Positions 53,916-64,000 of a stretch of DNA of 64,000 nt are shown here, in pieces. The notes beneath the pieces are model-generated. The model was not told where the DNA came from and did not search any database. It saw nothing but the letters and a program-made list of their open reading frames with translations. Position 1 is the stretch's first letter, and each line of letters begins with the position of its first letter. A program made the translations under genes and the position numbers. This stretch comes from the human T2T-CHM13v2.0 reference genome, Homo sapiens, in NCBI RefSeq assembly GCF_009914755.1, contig NC_060928.1. One strand, given 5' to 3'.

Positions 53916-56900
53916 GTAAGCAGGGGCGTGCATGCGCACACACACACACACGTGAATTATATATTTCAAAATAAATTGGAATTACATAAATTAAAAAATA
54001 AATATTTTAAAATATGATTTTTAAATGTAGTATGGCTGTATATTCATCAGTAGCACCACTGACTAATACCCAGGAAAATGAATCTGCAGAAAAGTCCACA
54101 AATCTACACTTTAAACAAATACATAAACTTTATAAAATTGCATGTAGGGTCATATGTTTCAGGGAGGGGGATACGGGATATAGGGCTGATATAAAGAAGA
54201 GGAAATATAAAAAAATGCTGATCAGCGTTAATTAAAGTCTACAATATACTTGCTGTTTCACATAGCCTGTCTAATTTAGTATTCTAGCAACCCTATTACA
54301 TAATCCATTTAACAGATAAAGAAGGTGATGCTAATAGATGTTAAATACTTATAGCTACATGAAATGTGAGGATAGAAATTTAACTTGATAGAATAAAAGA
54401 TCAATAATAATAAGATGACAGAGGGATTGCTAATTGATGGTTTGATTCCTTTCTCTTTGCTTTCTCTGATACTTTTAAGTTTAGCACTTATTTGTTAAAT
54501 TTCTTGATGTTCAAGTAAATTGAGTAAAGTTTGTTGTAAATATTTCAGAAAAATCTACTATTTTATTTCCATGTCAACAATCTTTATTTCAGACCCTACA
54601 AATTAAAATATAAATTTTAATAAATGAGTATTTATAAATATTTTGATAACTTAGGGGTTTACCTATCACAAATGTAAATCCATAAAGTGAAACCCATTAT
54701 ATTTACATAATATGCAAGTTTAGCAAAATGTGAAATATGAGATTTGAAAACCAAAGTAAGTGGTAATAGGAAAACATTCATGATATTATTCAATTGAAGA
54801 AAAACTTCATGAAGAATAAAAAGTTCATGATTTATTCATTAAAAGAATCACTTAATGCAAAAAAGGGTTCTTCCAGGTGTGTGTACTTGCGTGAAGGAAG
54901 GCACATGTTTCAGTAGAAGGGCAGTAAGTAGGTACTAAAATATTAGATGATAATCATTAAAAGATGGTTAGTGATGTTCCTGTTCTGAAATTTATTGAGT
55001 GAATGATTAACAAGCTGATATTTTTGCCCATTTGACTGTCTGGAAAATACAGTTTTTAAACAGATTTTCAGTTTTATAATGTAATTTCTGGGAATTAGTC
55101 CCAGAATGCTATATTATCAGATACATGCTTCTTATTTTTTAAATTTTTTGTTAGATAAATATAAACCTATTTCTAAAATACAAGGTATATCAACTGAAAA
55201 CAAAGTCTTATATTGAAATGTGTGCTGGGGAGGGCTTCATTTTTATTTGTGTGCTACACATGATTTGTTGGCACTGCAGGCTAACAATACGCACATAATC
55301 CCAGAGCCCCTGTGGAATAAATTGGCATGTAGCATAGGCTGGTGATAATCACGCCTGACATGTGCTTCCAGGTATTTGGCGTCTGAATGTACTGTGTGCA
55401 TTTGTCAGCTAGACAAACATAGTCACAGTTTGGGATGGAGGAAACTAAGAACAGTAAAACATTTTAAACTTCAAGAAATTACCTGACATTTGCATTTTCG
55501 ACAGAACAAATTTCCCTTTAAATCAATCAGTAGGCATTGGAATCTTGGTTTCACTTTCCCCTGTTCCTTTTTTGGGCTTTATCCAATTTCATTTTTAAGG
55601 AAACTACAGCATTAGTGCTCTTTATTTGCTTCCCAGATCTGTATGCTGAAGAGTTAGTAGCAACTCCTGGTGACATAAGTTCTTTGGTTCTAGCCAACTT
55701 TGAGCTGTTTTTTTAATCTGAAAATAATCTACTATAAATAAGTAAATGAATGAATGAATGAAATAATAGATGAAGCTGAGATTATTATAAGCCTTGCTTT
55801 ATATTATATAAGGGCTAATTGTGTCAACCAGTGCCCTTTCTGATACAGCATTCTGGTAACCTTCATTACATTTCTTATAGATGGATTTCTTTTTTATTTC
55901 TGTTTTCCAGTATGAAATCATTTCTTTTAATAATATTCCCTGCCATTAACTTGTAGCCATGTTTCAAGTTTTCTTCTCTATAAACAACTAATGCCAAGTC
56001 CACTTTTGACTGCATTCTGTATTAATTGCCTTTTCAATTTATTCTAGTAATATTATGAATGTGTGCTTGAATTCCTACTTCTAGGATACATCACAAAATT
56101 TTTCTATGGGCAATAAAACTATTTCTTGTAAAACAATATTCTTTTATGGTATTGCACAAAGTGCATGAAAAATTCATGAGTTGATCATTGAAGATATGTA
56201 TCTATAAGTTAAAAAATAGTTGAAGTACTCTTGAAGATCATTGCTCATTCTGCCAAGAAAAGGCCATTATTACGAACATTTTAGGCTACATGATAGGAAC
56301 CATTTCTATTAGCCTCAGCTAAAGGCTTTTTCAGGTGTCTGTTTTTCTAGATTGCTGAATGTAATGCAAGAGTGGTATTTTTATTGCCTCAAGACCTAAG
56401 TATAGTCAGTTAATAATTTATCACTATTATCTTAGGTTAATAATGGGGATAATATCTCCTGCAAAGTTTTACAGTATTACATTTGAAAGCAGAAGACTTT
56501 CTGTGGAAAGCATTTTCCTCATATAGAAGCAGCACAAATGTTACTGGGTATACATCATTTATATATTTTAAAAGGTACTAGTACTATGTAGACATGGAAC
56601 TCTATAAGATCACTTAGTAGGTTAGAGACTTTTATATAATTTTTGAGAGATTTTTTGGAAATTTAAAGTAATTTACTCTTTTCCTAAAAAGAAATTGTAA
56701 TTTCTTTTAAAACATCCAGAAAATTAATATGCTAAAATGAAAAGATAAGATTACCCATACATCTCCATTCTGAGAATCCACCTTAACTTTGTGTTTACAC
56801 TTAGCAGAATTGTTTAATGTATCTGTATGCATACATTTTTAATTTTAATAAAATTAAAGTAATACTTCATATGCTATTTTAATTTATCTCAGTGATATAA

Positions 56901-59032
56901 TGTTAATACATTAAAGCATTTTCATGATAGTATTTTCCATGTCAGTGTAAAGTTCCATCCTAATAACTTAATCTTTCAAACCTCAGTGTTATGACTTGAA
57001 GATTATTCATATATTTTCCACTATCACAAATAATATTACATTAAAAATTCTTATGGCAAAACATTTGTATACATCCTTAATTACTTTTTAGGATTATTAC
57101 TAAAAATGGAGTTGCTAGGTATTAATAGAAATGTGCCAGGTACACTTCTTTATGTACTAAGAGTTTAACATCTATTATCTCCAAGTGGAGTGTGCTGTTT
57201 ATATTAAATATGAGGCATCTAAGGCAGATTGAGTTTAAGTCACTTGACCAAGATTGCCCAGCTGTTATATTAAGTGATCTCAGTCTATGTTCTATGATAT
57301 ACAACAGAGTATGTATAATCCTTTTTAACTTAATATTGCTAAATTATTTCCAAGTTACACAAGGACAGTGTATCTTAAGTAGCAACGAATGAACATTACT
57401 TTTCTATGAAGTTTGCATTGATCCTTTAAGAATTCACAAAACACAGTATGCTATCCTGACAATATGGTTCTACTAACTGACAAGGAGTAAGCTTGACTAG
57501 TTGATGCCCTACCATATTTAAGTTTGCAAGATTTGATAGTCCATTCAGCAGACATTGATATTTCTATTTCAATTAGGAATTGAAATTGAATTTTGGATTA
57601 ACAAATTCTTGGTGTTACTGTAAGATTCGTTTTAGGTTGTAAGGACTATTGCATTGGGTAGGCTGATATGACCATAACAGGAACTTTTTCTCCTAACCTA
57701 CTCATGTAATTTCACATGTGCTCAGCCTAAGGATGTGTATGCCTGTATCACGTTGTCTGCTTCCACCTGTCTAATTTCTTCAATTACTTAACTAAAGTGA
57801 AAGGAATGCCCAGAAGAGGTGTATTATAATGAGCTTGCTTCATTAACCTTGAATTTCTGGCATAATTCATTTTTGGAAAGAAGATGGAAAGAAGCATATC
57901 AGTCTAACTTCATATGACTTGTAATCAATACTAGAGATTCCTGTGTAGCATTAATACCAAGAAGCCAAAACAAGATTGATATTAATTTATATACTTCAGT
58001 CATTGGCTTGAAGAAAAATTTAAAAGCATAGGATTATCCACGAGCCTGTTATGACTTGAAATCATTCCAGAATCTATCATATAAAATAACCAGCAATTTA
58101 GTATTCTGGTATTTGATATCAATAACATTTTAAAATACCTTATGCAAAAGACTTACTCTAGTAATTTGAGAAGTTGAACAAAGAAAAATACCAAATATTT
58201 TTATAGCCAAAAATAAAAGCAAACTAAAAATTCTAGTTATCGGGGAAAATAATGAATAGGGTTAGGTTTTCAGAAAAAAAAAGCTATCCATGAAACAAAA
58301 TGATACCTCCAAATAAATACATCTGCATTCAAAACACAGTATCTGGACTGTTTTAGAAGTAGATCCCTACCTCTTCCTTAAAATATGATTTAGTTTTATT
58401 CTGAGGATGATTTTGTGTGTGGGATAACCCAGATTCATGTACCATTTCAGGACTGTGATATTATAGAATGATAGTTCCAACTTTCAAAGATGTAAACTCA
58501 TTGTTCCATAAAGAATTTTGTAAATTTCTAAAAAATGTGACTTTCAGTTACTGTCATACTTATTACTTTTTTTTATTCACTTTTTCATCTCCTAAATGAA
58601 ATTGAGAATAATAGAAGTGGATTATTTTGTATTCTCGTTTCCTGTAGAGCAATTAAACAGAACTGCAATATATTTTATGGTAGTTCTTTAGAAAAGTAAA
58701 AAATAATAACAGGAATATAGCAATTATATTATTTCATATTTGCAGTGTACTGAATATTCAAATTACCAAAACCATTGAAACAGGTATAAAAATGTGGATT
58801 CAATTAATGCAAAATACCCTGTGATTTTTTATCTACAAATTGTGAAAAACAAATTCTTGCTTTTGCTGGTCAGTTTACATGCTAAACCACAATTTCAAAT
58901 GGCTCCTTACTTTGGTAAGCAGACTCTACGTCAATTCTGCAAGTCCTCACTTTAAACTGAATGGATGCTATGTTCAATCTTTTGCCTCTATGTGGGAACA
59001 AGCCAGACCAGAATGTTGGCTCTGAATTTGAC

Positions 59033-59493
59033 CTGCAGAGCAAGCACCGTTGCTGCCTTTCCCAGATTCCCCTGAGAATTGATCCACCCATTCCTCAGCT
59101 GCTAAGTGCTGGCTGCTGGCAGCCCACAGCTGTCCTTTCCCCTAAGTATTGCCCTTGGCTGATAGGAACTGTCCAGCACAGAAATATTGGGGAAACAGTG
59201 CTTCTCTTCCACCTTGCAGGCAGCCTTAATGACTTACTGCCAACCGTGAGAAAAAGACTGGTCCCTTGCTTCCAGATGGGAAGCAAGTTGAGTGGTACCA
59301 TTTCCACTCCTGTATTCTCTGGAATATGAGGCTGAGGCCATACTTTACCTGCATCTCCACCTGTGCTTAGCTTCCCCCTGACCTATTTTTCTTCCCTCAC
59401 TTTTTACAGGTGTCATCCCAAACCACTTCAATACATCACTTGCACAAAAATGCATTTCTGAGACTCTGCTTGTAGTGAACCTGATCTAAGACA
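59033..59493 (+). mobile_element. LTR16-family ERVL solo LTR
   Basis: cttccctcactttttacagg...catcacttgcacaaaaatgcatttctgagactctgcttgtagtgaacctgatctaagaca. Confidence 0.7.
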
Positions 59494-61889
59494 ATCTGGT
59501 ATCTTTACTGGAAAAAAAAATCAGTGTCAGCATAGAAATTAACTTTTTGTAGTGTAAAGGTAAGGAAGTTCCACAGGATTATAATTTGTGCACTCATTTA
59601 AAGTGAGAATTTTTAAAATGAGTTCAGCATACTGGTTTATTACTTAGTGCTAGTCTGCATTTTAAATCAGTATTGTGGCTAATAAAAAAATGAAATTTCT
59701 TTCCTAGTATAATTTCACATAAATGCATTTTTTACCTTTAGAAACAAAGTTTATTTTTTCCCTACCTTAAAGGTAAAGGAATTTAAGACTACTGAATACA
59801 CTTTCCAATTTTCTGGAGAATGTGCATAGTTTAGTTAGAATTAACAATGAATATGAAGAAAATCCAAATTGTTTCGTAGGCATGCCGGGTTGTCTCAGTG
59901 TTTTTCTTTACTTAAATGATATTGACGGGTGTCCTTATTGAAGAGGAAATAAGTATGTGCTTGGAGCCTCACAGACAACCATTCATCATTCTCTTATGCA
60001 AAAGACAGAACCCGTGTGCCAGCACACAAAATCCAATGGCAGCCACAGTAGCAGAAAATCAATAGACTGTATTAGAAAACTCAGAGGCTAATCAGAGCCC
60101 AATCTGCAGGCATGATGTACTCTAAAAGAAGCATTGCTTTAGGACATAACTCAACTCTCTGAACACCAAAGACTGCAGCTTAATTCAAGCATTTAGGGGG
60201 AAAATGATGGTCTTTAAAAATACACATTTTGTTCTTTATTGCCTCCCAGAGAAGCTTCAGTGTAGTACTCTAATGAATGATGATAATATACATTCTTAAA
60301 AACTGATGTTAGCTCAGTCGTTATGCCCAAATAGAATGAGTGTCCCTGCTGTGTGAAGCAATGAGATGTCATTAGTAAGCAGCATCTTCGCTAAATGCAG
60401 GATGCATATTGTTACTTGTTAAACGCACTATTAATATCTATAAAGGTAAATGACAATTGGTCCTCTCCTTTCATTTGCTGTGAGGTATTTTACCTGATCT
60501 TGAACTCTAAGTGAAGATACATACCCAAATTGAAGTTAGTTGTGTGACAAATTTCAAATGAGTTGCACTTTATAATGAAAATGCATTTAGGTTAAATTAC
60601 TCAAAAATACCAGGCTCTGAACAATATCTGAATATGTTATACTAGTATATGTTTTCCCTCTTGGGAACTCAAAGAACTTTAGAATATATTATACTATAGC
60701 TTTTCTAAAGTTTTTCTAAACTAATTAGAACATATACTTTATTTAAGTATTTTTTGCCATTCTGGAAATATGCATTTATGCATGGATTATATCATCAATA
60801 TAGGTTCATAACATCATATACATCTTTTCTTCTATTTGTATTATTAACATTTTTAAGTCATCAACAAGTCTCCAATAGTAGGTTAGCTTTTTTGATAAAT
60901 GTGTAATATATAAACATGATTCCAAATTGCATGTAACAAACTCATGCTTCAATATTAAAGGGACATTTGTATTTTTAATAAACCTCTGATTTTATCTTGT
61001 TAATAACTTGAATTTAGATATTGCATAAATATATACACTTATTGTAGTAGATGAAATGTCAAGGTCAATTTGATTGTAATAATCCTAAAAAAATGAAAGT
61101 AACATCATGAAAAATGACGCCCTGCTTGGAAACAAAAGCTAATTAAGATTTTTTTAATGCCCCGGAGAGAGAAATGTACAGAGAGTAGTCACAGTTGGTT
61201 TAAGATTGGCAACTCTGTCGGATGTGACAGCACATTCAGCTCGTCCCACGCAGACACAATCCGGCATCTGGGATGATAATTATTAGACTTCAGAACACTT
61301 CTTGGAAATTTTCCATGTATTAGAGTGCTTGCAAAGCAGCCCTTCTGGAACTATCATAGTTTTATATATTACTAAGTGCCTTATCAATATTTATTTTTCA
61401 CCTTTCTTATGAATTATAGCTATTCCGATATGCTAAAAGTACTATAGATTTAACAAAGTAATATTTTTTTAAATGTGTAAATGTTTTTGTTTTCCTTTTA
61501 AAATCAAATCCTGTAATTTACAATGCAAAATTTAAAATTCCGAACGCATTGCCTTGGTGAGATAATGCTCATGAAAAAGCTCTCATAAATAAAATAAGCT
61601 AAAGGGGTTAGTTTTAGCATAAACTTTAAAAATATTTTACCTTTTTTTAACCACTTAGCAAATTTGAGATGTCTTCTTTATAAAGGTTTTTAAAATAAAA
61701 TTTTAGATATATTTACATATATAGCATCCCAATACAATATTCATAACAAAAACTGTATTTGATAAGTAATTTTTAAGCTAAATAAGAAAAGACAAATTCG
61801 AAGCTTCAATGAATATTTTCTGATGGATTCCACTAAACACAGAAATGGTTGATTTTATTTTCTTTGCTATCTGAGAGCTAATATAATTT

Positions 61890-62280
61890 ATTTAGACAGG
61901 CAGTGAACAGGTCCTGTCACTGTATGATTTGGAATAAGTTCCTTCAGCGTGCTCATCTGCTAAATGGTACGATTAGTACCGCATTCCTTATAAGAATGCT
62001 ATAAAAAATAAATGGCACAACATATATAAAGCATTTTAGACAGTATCTGGTACTACTTAAATTGTTAGTACTGTTGTTACTATCAGCATTATATTATTAA
62101 GATTGCTATTACCTTAATGAGAAAATTTGACATAATGGAAGTTTGTAGGACTCTGAAACAAACATATCTGGTTCTGAATTGATTCAATCCCCTCGAAGTT
62201 ATTTGATCCTGGAGAAGTACACTGATCTTTTAGTGCCCCATTTTTCTACTCTACTACCCAACAAGTCAGATTGTTGTTAA
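61890..62280 (+). mobile_element. Two MIR fragments
   Basis: ctcatctgctaaatggtacgattagtacc...aaagcattttagacagtatctgg; then tctggttctgaatt...agtgccccatttttc. Confidence 0.5.
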
Positions 62281-62306
62281 AAACATGGTGTTTAAAAATC
62301 CTTGCC

Positions 62307-62598
62307 GGCTGGGCACGGCCCTCACGCCTTGCCTGTAATCCCAGCACTTTGGGAGGCCGAGGTGGGTGGATCACCTGAGGTCAGGGGTTAGAGACCAGCC
62401 TGGCCAACCTGGTGAAACCCCATCTCTACTAAAAAGAACAAAAATTAGCTGGGCGTGGTGGCAAGTGCCTATAATCCCAGCTACTCTGGAGGCTGAGGCA
62501 GGAAAATCGCTTCAATCTGGGAGGTGGAGGTTGCAGCGAGCCGATTTTGCCATTGCACTCCAGCCTGGGCAAGAGTGAGACTCTGTCTAAAAAAAAAA
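62307..62598 (+). mobile_element. AluS (Sx/Sz-like), full length
   Basis: ggatcacctgaggtcagg and an A-tail; TSD aaaaatcct(tg/aa)cc. Confidence 0.93.
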
Positions 62599-62674
62599 AA
62601 AAATCCTAACCTATAGCAAGTTCTTGATAAATGATGTTTTTTAGTTAGAGGAAATGGCTTAGGGACTTTATTGG

Positions 62675-62996
62675 TTTCTTTCTTTTCTTTCCTTTTTTGT
62701 TTTGTTTTGTTTTGAGACAGGGTCCTACTCTGTTACCCACTCTCCACCCAGTGGAGTGGCACAATCACAGCTCATTGAAGCCTCAATCTCCCCTGGCTCC
62801 ATTGATCCTCCTGTCTCAGGCTCCCAAGTAGCTGGAATTACAGGCAAACACCACCATTCTCTACTAATTTTTGTGTTTTTTGTAGAGACAGTGTTTCTCC
62901 ATGTTGCCAAGGCTGGTCTCGAAATTCTAGTCTCCAGCAATCCACCCACCTCAGCCTTCCAAGTGCTGGGATTACAGGAACGAGACACTGTGCCTG
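62675..62996 (-). mobile_element. AluJ (Jb-like), near full length
   Basis: Antisense Alu gagacagggtcct...cacagctcattgaagcctc, with a (TTTTG)n tail. Confidence 0.9.
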
Positions 62997-64000
62997 TTTT
63001 TTTAATGTATAAAAATACTATACACAAAATATATTTTCCAGGCTTTGTACTTGCATCTTCTGTCCTTTGTGGTGAAATAAACCATGTAGTATATTTTTAT
63101 TATTTATATGTATTTTTTCAAAATACAATTGCTTTTCTTGTTCAATGAATTATTTCCTTCACTCAAACAGTGTTCACAAGAGGCAATGATGATTTTTGCT
63201 TAGAGTATTTCTCCAAGTATGCACATGCTGTTTCATAGTTAAAATACAAGCTTTGGCATTCTTTTGCATGCTTAGATATGTCTAACTTGCATGACATGAT
63301 TCAACTTATTTTATATAAAAGGATATTAAATGTCAGAGAAACTAACTTGCTTAGGAAATAATAACTACCTTCAAATAAACTACCAGCATTCTAATCTTTG
63401 TAAAAAATGTAAATATGCATGCACACATATATTCATATATCCTAGTGATTATGGCCTTATACATATTAACTTTAAAATAGTTACTATGTAAGCAAAAGTA
63501 CAGACGCATATAACAGATAAAATTTGAAGTAATTTTAAGATATAAATTTAATGGTTCTGAATTCCTAATCACAAATGACTTTCTGCTGATTGCCTCATAA
63601 TCACCCTTGTATTATTAGTGTAGTTCTCACTTTTTTCCAGGCACTGCAATACAATCTTTGGATAAATAATTACATGCAATTTTCTCCTCAAAATGAACTC
63701 ACTTTTTCCTTTCTTTAAACTTATTCCTTGGCCTGAATTCTACATTTCCAGCTACCAGTAAGATGCTTTCATCTAGTTGTCTATCAGGCACATAGAAATC
63801 AAACTATCTATGGCTAGGGCCACAGAGTAATGGGGATTATACAAAGCTTAATTCAACTTGTAGAATTTGAAGAAATTTTATTGACTGTAAACATCTTACT
63901 AGACACATTTCTGACCAAATAAAACACATTTTTAAAATGCATCTGTGCTTTCATATGAAGATATGTTCTCAAATCTTCTTCCAATTCTATTCTCTCACAT

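Noticed and set aside
59731-59777. 10-bp inverted repeat tttaccttta...taaaggtaaa
   Set aside because: Short and AT-rich, with no other MITE or RNA-gene features; compatible with chance.

Overview
This is eukaryotic, AT-rich, CpG-depleted primate genomic DNA. AluJ, AluS and AluY copies plus THE1 elements point to human or another catarrhine. I find no protein-coding gene, tRNA, rRNA, CRISPR array or prokaryotic system. The listed ORFs are chance ORFs or translations of Alu, L1, THE1 and microsatellite sequence. The window reads as a gene desert or large intron with layered transposon relics: about ten Alu/FLAM copies, L1 and L2 fragments, MIRs, a complete THE1B MaLR element with perfect TSDs, many solo LTRs, a decayed ERVL-class provirus and DNA-transposon MITEs. 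The most unusual item is a near-perfect 29-bp minisatellite of about 15.6 units at 36203-36655, almost entirely A/T, in which each intact unit holds a 20-bp perfect palindrome. Also notable are a THE1B whose two LTRs carry an AP-1 site where the DUX4 motif normally sits, a strong candidate exon with a Kozak ATG about 1.1 kb downstream of it, and inversions inside an ERVL provirus and an L1. Repeat subfamily names come from my recall of consensus sequences and need Dfam/RepeatMasker confirmation. Boundaries of old elements are approximate.
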